The notes beneath the pieces were generated by a model. That model worked only from the letters and a program-made list of their open reading frames with translations, made no database searches and was not told where the DNA came from. A stretch of 64,000 bases of DNA from Toensbergia leucococca (Eukaryota), in assembly GCA_022813965.1 (NCBI GenBank), contig JALDZS010000123.1:1-64000 (forward strand), in the 5' to 3' direction. A program made the translations under genes and the position numbers. Positions within the stretch are counted from its first letter, which is position 1. Each line of letters starts with the position of its first letter. Below are positions 13,461-24,798 of the stretch, piece by piece.

Positions 13461-14432
13461 GGAAGAGTGTGAGAGTGACATTAAGGTTTCTTGATCCTCG
13501 GCTATCGCCTATTCTGATTTTTTCTATTTCGGGTTAGCTGCCGCTCATAGCCTGACGGGAGCCTCCGATGTGACATTGACTTCTTTTCCTTCTTTACCTT
13601 CTTCTCCTCTTTTCCTTCCTCGTTCGATTGATACACTTGATGCGCATGGCTTGCATATCGTCATGCTAATTCCATTCAAAGCTTAAAATCAGCTTCGATC
13701 CAAATGCTCCGTTCTTCCAACATTTTATGGAGTCACCATGCTCCCGCTTTTCTTGTCCTTGTTCTCTTGCGCTGTTCATCATGTCTTCTATCCAGCTAGA
13801 CCATGTACGCCAAGATGACTTTGTAGAATCTATCAAGTGTCTCGGTGTACTTGTATCTAGCATATAACGTGCACCTGGACAGGCACCTCAACTTTGAGTT
13901 TCTTGTCATTAACCTTACGGCATCATTTCCTAGCGGCTACTACCCTGACGATGGATACTGAACCTTGAACTCTTACTGTCGCGGCTCAAGCGCTCAAATG
14001 AGATTCTCGAGTATGGTTACATGTGCGCGTATATACCTCTACTAACTATCATTCCATGGACGCTCCAACAAACAATTACAATGACTTAAAGAAGTATTGT
14101 TTCCAACAAACACTACTCAATCCTTGAAGATTGATATTTACTCGTTGCCAATGCATATCAGCTGACCATCTAGGAAGAACATTGCTACCTCGTTGGTTTC
14201 TCATCTTCTACCAGCGTACTTGCTCCTTGTTTTTCAGCCTGCGCATGTGAGAGAAGCGACTCCAAACGTCTTTTGATTGCTCCGTCTTACTCTGCATTTC
14301 TATTGTTCCGTCTCGAAACTACTGTACTCGCGACTTTGACTTCTGCTTCCGTTACTCTTACTGGATTCCTCTCCCTTGCATTGATGACCACCTTTAACTT
14401 CGAATCCAACACATCCCCTACTAAAAGACACA

Positions 14433-15049
14433 ATGCGAGTCTTTCATTTACTACTGACTGTGATCTCATTTCACGTGGTAGCCCTCGGCCTGGGCATCCC
14501 AGTCAACACTCCCTCACGGCTTTCCAAACGAATACCAGCCTACTGTTCCAATGCTCCCGGAACAATAGCCGGAACGTATGCTCCCCTCAACACGCTCCTC
14601 TATCTCGACTGTAGAACAACTAACCTCAGAGACTCCATAGTACCCTCAACGACGACCCCAGCGTTGGCCTAAGACGGCGCAAATCCACAAACACCAAAGT
14701 CTGGTGCGCCCAAGGCAGCGAAACCTACATAATAATTGCCCTCACTTCCAACCTACAACGCCTTCCCCTCCCCATCATTTCCTTCCTCGACAGTGTCTCA
14801 GCCGACATCGCGTCCCGCATCCTCCAAGCCGGCAATAATGGCGCGCTCCCAAACTCTCAATACCGATGCCTAGGTCTCAATAGGCATGCCCTATATGTCT
14901 ATGATGAGAATGAATTCGGGGTGACTTGGGAGGTGCTGGGCCAGGCAATTTGGGCCGTGAAAGATTATATGTTGCACAATCAGGTTGGGCCTGTAGAATT
15001 TACCATTTCGGATGGCGTCAGGCACGTTGGGTGGGGATTCTTGGAGTAG
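14433..15049 (+). CDS. Small secreted protein (2 exons; intron 14576-14640)
   Basis: Signal peptide MRVFHLLLTVISFHVVALG; basic sites LSKR and LRRR. Intron GTATGC...CTAAC...CATAG joins an open exon ending VTWEVLGQAIWAVKDYM...FTISDGVRHVGWGFLE* that the ORF track misses. Confidence 0.75.
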
Positions 15050-15224
15050 ATGATACGGGATCTACTCGCGCTAGTGAGGCTCTGCCAGAACGATTCACCG
15101 CCACCACCCCACTATCCAACTTCATCATAACCATCCTAGACTACGGTCGTAAGTCTGCATTCCTGGATCCATAATCTCTCGTCTTCAATCAACGTCTCCA
15201 TCTCCCAATTTTAGCGCCAACTCG

Positions 15225-15826
15225 TTATAGCGCCTGCAGCCATACCTCCACGGCCTGAAATGGCACCGTGTTGCCCAGCTGACGCAAAATTAGATACATA
15301 TACGTAACGCCGTCGCTGACGATGACGTTGCCGCCGTTATAGAGATTCACAATGTATTTATCGGCGAAGATGGAGTCGGGGTCGCCTTCTTTATGGTAGA
15401 GTTCAAAGTAAACTTCGTACATTGGGAAGAAGTCAGCGTTTGGTAAGAAGAACCGGGAAGTGTAAAGGAAATGAGATGGATAGAGTTACTGTGAGGTTGG
15501 ACGGCTGTGATGACTAGGTCGATGTAATTAAGGGCGTAAGATCCCGCTGGGAGGATGAAGGGGAGTGTAGCTATGTTGGTGACGAGGCGGCTTGTTTGGT
15601 TGGGGTAGTAGCAGATGCCCCTACCCCGTGGGGCGAGGGACGTATCGGGGACTGCTGTTGTGGTGGTATGGAGGTCTGATGGGGTGTGTAAGCTGCGGCG
15701 AGGGTTGGGGGATGGGATGCGAGGTGCTGGGAGGCAAGCTCGGGGTTTGCAGGTTCCGCGGATGCAGACGGGGTGGACTGGGAGAATGGAGGCGAGGAGG
15801 ACGAGAAAGAGGGAGAGGAGATGCAT
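15225..15826 (-). CDS. Small secreted protein, paralog of 28036-28732 (2 exons; intron 15413-15489)
   Basis: Signal peptide, Cys/Pro-rich pro-region, FILPAGSY and SDGVTYMYLILRQLG; phase-1 intron GTAACT...GCTGAC...AAG. Confidence 0.75.
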
Positions 15827-17532
15827 GGTGAGTGGGATCTGGCGGCGAAAAGAGGAGAGAGGGAATTGGGAGGTTGGCGGTTGGGGGTGGGGAGAAGCGC
15901 CGTGATGGACGATTTGGGGGGGCGCGGTCTTGATTGGGGAGATGGGGGGTGCGACTCGGGTTGGTTCTCACGACATGAAAATGTTTGGATCAGTTCACTA
16001 AGGGTATCACCATCTTCATTGGAGCGGTGCTATTGAAATCGAGATGTAGGGGACCGGTTGTTTGCAGCGCAAGTTTGGGCTCGCAAAGATGGTTTCATGA
16101 TTCGGCCCTGGGTGTTCTAGCGAGCCGAGGAAAAGGGTTTTTGGAGAATAAGTTGGCTGTATTCTAATTGACCTTGTGCGATTCGAGACGTCATCATTAA
16201 TCATCGTCGTGGCTCCCAGCACGACGGTATGAATGAATTGGCGATTCTTTGATGATTTTGCGGCGGTTTGCTCGTTTGGTGGGGCAGGATTTACTGCGGA
16301 GTTTTTGACGACCGAGGCGTGGGAGCAGGCAGCCACCTCTTAGTGCGAGGTTGTTGAAGCAGGGCGACCAATCAGATGACCTGATATCTGATAGTGTGGC
16401 TGTGTATGAGGAATTGCAAATTGCATCATCGCTCGCTCGTAATTCGGCGTCTTGAGTGTACGGCAATTTCATCATCTTGTATCCATTTCGGTGGCTAGAG
16501 CGAGTGGAGTGAAGGGTGGCCCATATCTTAGGTACTCAGGCGTCAAAACCATCAAGCCCACCTTGTCACCTAGAATAAGTGATGTTCTTACAGGCGCATC
16601 CACAGTCGACCACCGTTGCTGGACATGGTCGACGATGAAAGGCTGGAGCCCGGCCCGACCAGCCGTGGTCCGTGCTTTTGTGACTACTCTCAACCGATGA
16701 CAGCATTAGCCAGACTCGCCAGACAACCATACCTACCTTACCTCCTTACCCACTACCTAGTGGTCGCTTTGAAGTAGCTCAGCATCCTTTGCAAGAGCGC
16801 AGGTAATGTCCTGACTACATCACTTGTCCTAGCGGCCTGGTAGCACTGCGGAGTTGGTCGTCAAGATGCGAGATAGCTTCACTCTACAACTGGCACTCTA
16901 CAATTGTGAAAGACACGCGCGGCAATGCGGTCGAGGAAATGAGGGGTCCCGGAAGGAGAAGTCTGCGAGTTCTGGGGATCCAGGGTGTTCTATGAGTATG
17001 GCTAAGGCCAAGAATTCGTCGAATTGCGAAGTGTGGTTACACAAGGTGTGTCTCGTGCCCACGGTCCATGCAAGCCTCGAAGCCTTGTTCTGCCTTTGGT
17101 TCAGCTGTCAGGGCCCACCGGAATAGCTAAAAATAGGAGTCGGTAATGCAGGACCCTATTCTCAACCCTACAATTCTCCGCATGATCGCATCATAATGAA
17201 CATATTCGTCTCATCCCCACATGACGCGGCTGTGTCAACAGAATAGCGTGTTTCTTCTCTGTCTAGCTAAGTACGCCCGACTGTGGTTATTAAATCGGCC
17301 CACATGCCGTTGATAGGTTGAAATATTGACCTTAGTCGGCTGCCTCAAGGTATGCATTGCGGCAATTTTAATTGCCGTGCTGGAACGTCATTCTATTTCT
17401 AATCGCCCGTTTTCTATGGGTATAATATGTGTGTGTCTGCCGGGTGCCCCTTTCTTGCTCTTTACCTAGTCTTTGGTGGCTTGGACTTGCTTTTTCTCGC
17501 TTTGTACTTTCGTTCCAACAAATCACGCTATC

Positions 17533-19413
17533 ATGCGACCCTCGTTTGTCCTTTGCGCGAGTGTGCTCTTCCATTCGTTACTTCTCTTGTCTCACACTAG
17601 GGCTCATGAGAACTTCACTCATGTCTCCGATGCCGTTCCCCAATTGTTGGATCTTGCGCCAAATCCAAATTCTAGAATGAGACTAAGTCTTGGAGGTCAA
17701 AATTATACTCACTGCTGTCTCTTGGCCGTCAATGATTCTCTGGCCGTTGAAAATGGAACCTTGGTCAAGACAAGTCCCTGGATCAAAGATGATATAGCTA
17801 TTTTCCGCAATGGCCCTTTCCCGTGTGGCGCCACTTACAACGGAAGCAAGGCAGGAGCCCCGCCCGTAATTATCAATTACGCCTGGTGCAACCAGCACTG
17901 CAGCGGCTGGTCGATATCAACAACCACCAATTTGAATCATTGGGTGGGGCCTCTTGTTGGCTTCCTTATCCCCGCCGTTGTCTTTTGCTTGGGAATCCCT
18001 CGTCGACGAAAGCTTCACCTTGGGGAATGGTTCTTCAATGTCCCCCTGGATAAACTTAGCTCCTCGCCTCGCGCACCCTTAATTGCCTGTCTTGCGGCTA
18101 TCCTTGTTACTCTTGATACCCTGGTATGGCTTTGCACGGTCTTCACGCTCGCTGGTCCCATGCTCCTGAGCGGCATCTACGAAGCCTATATGGATAGTCG
18201 CATCCTGTCTTACTTGCAGGAGAAAATAGATAATTCGAGGCTATCAGTCGACCAGCGAGCACATCTTCTCTACGCCATCCTGGTTGGTAATTTGGATCTT
18301 TCAGATGTCCCTGTTGGAGACCACTCCGATAACACTGCTTGGAACCATGTGAACAGTCTTACCGAAGGACTACGCAGCACTCTGATCAACGACAACCTGA
18401 TTAAAAAAACAAAGACTCGACTCCGCACTATGCTAGCATCACAGTATAGTTTTGGGACTACTGTCGGGGCCCCTGTCGTCTTTTTCGGCGGTTCCTTCAT
18501 CTACACCGTCATCTCCAACCTCAACAATCTTGGGGACAACGATACCGCTCACGCTTTGGCCTTTGGTATGTGGTGGATGACAATCCCCCACGTCTCCATT
18601 GTCAGTGGACTCCTTCTTGCCGGGAACAATCCCAACACGCTCGAAGGCATCGTCGGCCACGAAAGCTGCGAAGACCAGCCTTCCTATCTGCACATCTTCG
18701 CTCTCGTCTACGAGTCTCGCTACAAGCCGGCATGGATGTGGTTCCGTGGCCGCAGCAAGAAGATTTGGATGGATCGGTCCTGTCAGGACAACCCCACAGG
18801 GGTTCCAAATCAGGCACCCGACAAAAACAAAGCACAACTCAAACTCCGTCTGACAATGAGTGTAGGGGATTGGATGATCGTTGCCGCATACGCATACATC
18901 CTCATCATTATTCCGTCCACCCTTGGCTTCCTCACAGCCTACTACACGCCCGAAGTAGGCCTTTCCTGCCGTTCCATGACCTTCCTGATTTACCTCCTCT
19001 CCCAGCTCTGGCTCATCATGCTCTGGACCTGGGAACTCGCCACCAGCCATGTGGATGACTACGGTGTCCTCCAATCGCCTGCGGCCGGCCCTATCTGGTG
19101 GGCCCTCGCTTGCATCGGTGGCCTCGCGGCAGTCTTCACCGCCATCGGAGGCACCATGATGCAGATCATGGGCGTCTTCCGCAACTGCCTCTGCGCTCTG
19201 ACGATTAGTCATTGGCGGTCCCGAAGTGGAACGTTCAACGTCAGCACCAATACTGCTGACCAAATTCAACGGGCGAATACGTGGTGGACGGGGACCGGGG
19301 CGGGAGCGATTGCGTTTTTGGGATGTATTTGCTATGTTGGGTGGTGGTATCAGCGGAGGTTGAGGTTTCAGTTCAAGCTGCTTGTTAATCGTATTGATGA
19401 AAATCCGGAGTAG
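17533..19413 (+). CDS. Uncharacterised multi-pass membrane protein with signal peptide and Cys-rich N-terminal region
   Basis: Intronless ORF from ATG 17533; NYTHCC..FPCGA..WCNQHCSGW followed by about 7-8 hydrophobic segments. Confidence 0.8.
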   Translation: MRPSFVLCASVLFHSLLLLSHTRAHENFTHVSDAVPQLLDLAPNPNSRMRLSLGGQNYTHCCLLAVNDSLAVENGTLVKTSPWIKDDIAIFRNGPFPCGATYNGSKAGAPPVIINYAWCNQHCSGWSISTTTNLNHWVGPLVGFLIPAVVFCLGIPRRRKLHLGEWFFNVPLDKLSSSPRAPLIACLAAILVTLDTLVWLCTVFTLAGPMLLSGIYEAYMDSRILSYLQEKIDNSRLSVDQRAHLLYAILVGNLDLSDVPVGDHSDNTAWNHVNSLTEGLRSTLINDNLIKKTKTRLRTMLASQYSFGTTVGAPVVFFGGSFIYTVISNLNNLGDNDTAHALAFGMWWMTIPHVSIVSGLLLAGNNPNTLEGIVGHESCEDQPSYLHIFALVYESRYKPAWMWFRGRSKKIWMDRSCQDNPTGVPNQAPDKNKAQLKLRLTMSVGDWMIVAAYAYILIIIPSTLGFLTAYYTPEVGLSCRSMTFLIYLLSQLWLIMLWTWELATSHVDDYGVLQSPAAGPIWWALACIGGLAAVFTAIGGTMMQIMGVFRNCLCALTISHWRSRSGTFNVSTNTADQIQRANTWWTGTGAGAIAFLGCICYVGWWYQRRLRFQFKLLVNRIDENPE

Positions 19414-19689
19414 GGAGCTGGTAGAATTGTGCGTTACGGTGGCGATGTCGGATGTTTCTTTTTTTTTATTGGGGGGCGGATGTGTGGGGGTGGCGAGGGG
19501 TCTGAGATTCTGGTTCAATGTGTCAGATCACCTTTGTCAGTTTTATCATCATCGGAATGATTGAATAATCACATCTTAGTCGTGCCAAGGGATGGTCATT
19601 TTCGTCATTTCATTCGATTCCCCATGAAAGGTGGAAGAATCGGCCGCTTCAGTCGAGGGAGCTGTCAGTTGTGGTGCTTTGGGTTTTGA

Positions 19690-20420
19690 TTTGATTTGAG
19701 GATAGGTATCAACACCCCCTCTCTCAAGGTCCCCTTGCCTTTCGGACTGCAGCCCTTATACCCTAATCGGCGTCTGCAGAGCCCATGAGCATAACCCACG
19801 CTTCCCCACCCCCTCTTCACCGGCAACCAGAAGTATTTCTATTCTCTTGCCCCCCCCATCTCTCTGTCATTGAAAAAGATCCCCCCTTCCTTTTGCAATC
19901 CCTTGACCCCCTGTTTCAATGCAATTCAGCTATCGCGTGTAGATCATGCCTTTATTCTTCTCCCCTCTCCCTCTTTCTACAAGAATTCACATGATCGAAA
20001 AACCCAACCCGCAGCTTCTTTTTCTTCTTGGTGGGATTTTTTTTTTCGGCCTTGCTAGAACAGGGGTATTCATACCACTCACCCCCCCCCTTCCTCCTCA
20101 TAAAGGTTTTTCTTCAGTAGGTTTGATTCTTTTGGTTTATAGGGTTTTTTTGGGGGGGGGGGACTAATTGAGCCTTCTTCTTTGTCGCGGGTTTTCTTGA
20201 AGTCAGAGTGATGAGTGTTGGATGGCTTTTTTGAAAGCTGTGACATGGCCTGTTTTTTGGTGGATGGGGTTTGGGAGGTGAGAGGGTTGGGCCTTTTTTT
20301 CTGCTGTCAAAGAGAGAGGGAAGGGGTGTTTTGATATTGTGGGCTTGGCTGTTGGGTTTGAGGATGGGGTGAGAGGAGATCTATGGTAGAAGGGGTCTGA
20401 TTGATTTTAAAAAGAGCTGT
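19690..20420. other. CpG-poor homopolymer-rich intergenic tract (C-rich then G/T-rich)
   Basis: Long C, T and G runs, few CG, no credible ORF. Confidence 0.55.
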
Positions 20421-21534
20421 TGAATGATGTTTATGATTTCTGTTATATATTTCGGCTTCTGTGAACGTGGAAATGTCACCTGCGTTTTCTTCCGCCTGAG
20501 TCAGATGCGTCCTTTTCAAGCTTTGAAAGGGTTCGTTACTCGAGTGTGTTACTTTCTCGCAAGTGTCGTTCATGCTCAAGGCAAGAAGCGTCATCAGGTG
20601 TCTTCCAGACGTGGAGCTGATGGTGTGGACACATGACCTTCAGGAGCAGGCGTTGGAACTCTCATCGTTCAGATCATGTGCTTTTGAGAGTATCTATTTC
20701 TCTTGAGAGAGTGGAAGTTGTTGTGTTTGCTGTATGTTGCTTCTTCGGCAGAATGAAGCCCTGCGCGTGGAAGCTTTTTAGCTGGTGCTGATCTTGGAGA
20801 TATTGACGATGAGATTGCAAAGAGGTGGCGCTTTGCGGGTATGGAGGGTCGTCTTTGAATTATTGGGGATGTCAAAGTGAGGAAGGGGCGAGATGTTGCG
20901 CTTTGGCGTGGATCGTATGGTTGAGAATCGATGTTCACTGATTTCATAAATCCCGAGAAACAATTTCTAAAGTAAGAAACAAGACCACTCCACATATGGG
21001 GATTTAACCCATGTGTCGCAAGTATTCTCTTGCTGTAAAGTAAATGATCGATGGCCCGGAGATGCCACGATGTTCTTTCTTGGTCCAGAAGAGCTAAGTC
21101 GAGACGAACGCATGGTATAAAGAGAGGACGTGTTAGATGGACGACTTTTGAATGCAGTATTGGACTGCATCGCACGAGGAAACGCGGCCCCGAACTTACC
21201 GGTGATCGAAAGCCAGGTACTATCTTGCAACTTTTTGAGCCTCTGTGGAGCGGTATTTCCAAAGATTCTCCTTAATTTGTGCGGCGGTTTCTTGTGAAGC
21301 CTCACAAAATCTCGTTTCGTTGTCGAAGCTTCAACGCCTGAAAGTTTCAAAGAATTGACTATCGCAAAGCTTGATACAATCTGGCCTAATAGCACTTGCT
21401 GTGGGCACCGTCAATTCATGCGTTAGATTCCTCTGTTTTTGACCCCCGATGATCGTCTCCTTGCTGCCGATAGCGGCAACTTCATGTTGGTTAGCGCTCA
21501 TACTGTTGATTGTCTTGGAAGACCGGACTTCATC

Positions 21535-24155
21535 TCATCTCAAGTTTCTCGCCACGCCGTGGGATATTTTCAAGTAAGCAGTAGACAAATTCGAATAGAC
21601 AGATGCGCCTTCATCGATCTCACTCATCCAGCCAAAGATGAGCAAGAAGAGAAATGAAAGGACTAGAATGACACTGAAAGTAGCCCAGTACGTTGTTACG
21701 CTATAAGCTTCCTGTATATCCGCGATTGAAGTTGAGAAATATGCTGTCATTAGGTAAAGAGGTAAGAACAGTATGATCAATCTGGCGAGTGGAATCATTA
21801 TCCTCGTCAGTCTTTGGATTGTTTGAGACTGTCTGGCGGTCATAAGGGAGGACAACTGCAAAGAACATTAGCCATTGAGACACCATGACCCATTCATGCG
21901 TTCATCTCTCACCACCATAATTAGTGCATCTTTCTCATCAAGACACTTATCAACGTCACTAAGAATAGACCAATTGATATGAGTCTTCTTTCTCAGAAAA
22001 TGCTTTCTTGCTGAATTAGAGAGCCAAAAGCCTCCTGATATGTATCCTTCGCTTCCTTGTAAGTTACCCTTATCATCTAGATCTAGGCACTCTTCTGGTG
22101 GCTTGAGTATTGAATCTATGAGCCAAATTAAGCTCTCATTTGAGCGCTTGATTTCTTTAAGCTCTTGTCCTGTAGTGTGTAGCTTCACAACATCATCCAG
22201 ACTAGTTCTGGCGGCCATTTGTCCGTTGAGGCGCTTAAGCTTTGCTGTGTGGCGATACCACTTATCTGTAATGAAGCGCCAATTGGCGTATGGGTCATCA
22301 AATAGGAAGTAGAAGAGCAGACCAGCGTCTTTACGACAGTCTAGTAGTCTGCACCCAGTCAGCGCTGACTTATCAGAAGTGGAAAGCAGTTTACTGATGG
22401 CGGTCATACTCTCTTCTTCTTACGTCTGCCATATCCCCAAAATAGAGCTTCAACATTTCCAGGCTCCTTCTTCTTGTGATATCATTTATAGGATTACGGG
22501 GTTCGAATAACACTGCTTGTCTAGGAAGATGAATATCCTGGTATATTGATATCACAGTCCCATCATTGCACAGTATGAGCCAACACCATACCCTGACGCT
22601 TATGATTGTTCTGTCTTCGACCAAAGGATCCGAATCTCCACCCCATTCGTAAGTTTCATGCGTGTTATGAATCCAATCATAGCCAATGCAGACGAATCGT
22701 TCACCTATGCTAACAGAGGGACAGTTCACAGGGGCGTGATGGCTGGCATGATCTGTATACCTCGATAAATCACGATCGGCCAGGTCCTTTTCATGATCAT
22801 CGACTTTAAGTGTTGTTCCTTTGTAGAGATGGTTGGGACTTCTCCATTGAGACTCTATGGGGTCCCATTCGTAATGGGGTTTCTCTTGAAGGATTGTGTC
22901 CAGCAATCGGGGTGAAATGTCGTAGCGCTGCCCTAGTCCTGTTATGAGCTGGCGTTGACGGTTCGGTCCCCATGTATTGATCCACCGAGTAGGGTATGGT
23001 CTGACGCCATATAAATCCTCCGACGGGTCTATATCGAAAGCAATTGAAGTTGATACCTCATGCAAACAAAGCAAGAAATTTCTTGTCTGTGGATTTCGAG
23101 CTTGATCAAGGATCTGAGAAGAATGGCTCGCATCATCCATATCGAATGTTTGACGTCTAATTTTTGGGGGTGGCGTCTTTTGGAAAGTCACTGGGGTCTG
23201 CGGAAGAAATTTCGGGATCCCTGTCGGAGAAAGGCCAGGCTCTGGAGTTGACGAGTAAGGTGGGCTACTCACCCTTCGACTCTTACTATCAGGTGATGAA
23301 GAAGCCGGGACCTCCAATGGAGTCTTGCTCGAAGATACGATGCGCCTAGAGCAGCCTGTAAGATGACCTAGCAGACTTCGTTGCTGGATCTGTTGATGGC
23401 ACTCGGGGCAGTTTTCTACGTCGCTTGAGCTGCCGGCTACAGGAACAATTGGCATATCTGGTATATCAGTATGCAGATATCTGTCGCCTTGTTGAGATTC
23501 GACTTGGCTTTTGACCGCGGAGACTTGCTCTCGAAAGCTTGCGTACGGTCCTTCATTCTTTTCAATGGCTTCGAACATTTGCATGGGAGCTGCTATATCG
23601 GCTAGGTTGCGAAGCACTGATCCTAATACCTCGTCTGCAGTCACAATGCGGGCCGACGCCTGCCTTATTTCAGGCGCTCGGTCAGAGCTAGAGTAGCCTA
23701 AGTCAGTAGCAGTTCACGAAGCGTTGGAAAAAGGCATGCCTATATGCTACCATGTGCTGGGCACCATCTTTGATTACGGTAAGATCTCTATCTATCGATC
23801 CAAGTTGAGTACGCATTCGCTCAAAAGCAGTCACAACGACTCTGTATAGACTACTCTCTTTGAAGGTATAGTTTTCTACGAGGATGCCGCTATCAATTTT
23901 GATATCCGACCTCCAAATGTCCAGGCGAAGGCGCAGGTCTCCTATTCGACTAGCCAGAGGACGTAGAATGGTCTTTGCAAATGTGGATATTTCTGTACCA
24001 TCTAAAGCGGCTTCTTCTAAGCGCCGAAGCTCTTCATAACAGTCTTGACACTGGAGATTGAGAGTGCGCCCAGATAGTAGCTGTGGAGGTGGTACAAGGT
24101 CAACGACGCCATCTGAGCTTCTCTGTACAGATGTGGATAGCGGCGCAAGCTCCAT
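21535..24155 (-). CDS. CorA-like C-terminal 2-TM protein with N-terminal helical domain and a C2HC zinc finger, multi-exon
   Basis: C-terminus TIQRLTRIMIPLARLIILFLPLYLMTAYFS + second TM; WINTWGP..RYDISPRLL; LLFYFLFDD; CPEC-x11-H-x3-C. ORFs join through a 61-nt GT-AG intron near 22350-22410 and an intron near 21860-21910. The link to ORF 23703-24155 needs a GC-AG intron and is less certain. Confidence 0.7.
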
Positions 24156-24798
24156 GATACTTCTGGTATTTCCGACTCCAAAGCTTTGCGATGAGTTTTG
24201 ATGCGGTGAGAAGGGGACAGGAGGGCAGCAGGCTGGAACCAGAAGGCTGAGAAGTGAGAAGTACGAGGGGGGAAAGAGGTACGATAGGTAAGGTGTTTTA
24301 TGATTCTATCCGTCTGGGGCTAGAATAGGAGGAGGGAGGATAGGTAAGGTAACACGGGTAAGCAGATGCATGAATGTGCTAATTCATTTAGACTCTTGGC
24401 ACAAAAAGGACATTTAAATGGTTGTGATAAATTGAAATCTTTGAGTGACGACAAGGAATCACTTTTCCTTTTCGTTTTCCTTTTCCTTTTCCTGATTCTT
24501 GACATTACATTCCATCGTTGGTAGAAACACGGTCCCTCTTCTTCTCTACATATCACCCCTTGAATCATCGTATTTCTTCCACCAAGTCGATGGGAAGCAA
24601 ACCGGTGCTTCATCCTCCATCCTCTTTGGGATAGTTGGCCATTTAGGGCCGCAGCCACATTATTGGCAAATATAAACGAGGCTGAAGTATTCTATGTGGG
24701 GTCACCTTCACCTCTGCATGCTCTGACAACGGAATGAAGCTTCGCAAGGCCACCCTCTACAAAGACACTACTTCGAGAGACTTACAACGCTGTCTTTC

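Noticed and set aside
16016..16700. Chain of short minus-strand ORFs
   Set aside because: No signal peptide, motif or convincing splice sites.
18439..19518. 359-aa antisense ORF and similar shadow ORFs (2188-2802, 34842-35468, 43371-43958)
   Set aside because: They overlap well-supported genes on the opposite strand and lack motifs; a by-product of codon and skew bias.
20669..21430. Several overlapping 60-200 aa ORFs on both strands
   Set aside because: No motif, interrupted by stops; no family recognised.
22350..22410. Apparent frameshift between ORFs 22391-23644 and 21868-22407
   Set aside because: Explained by a 61-nt GTATGA..GCTGAC..CAG intron in matching phase.
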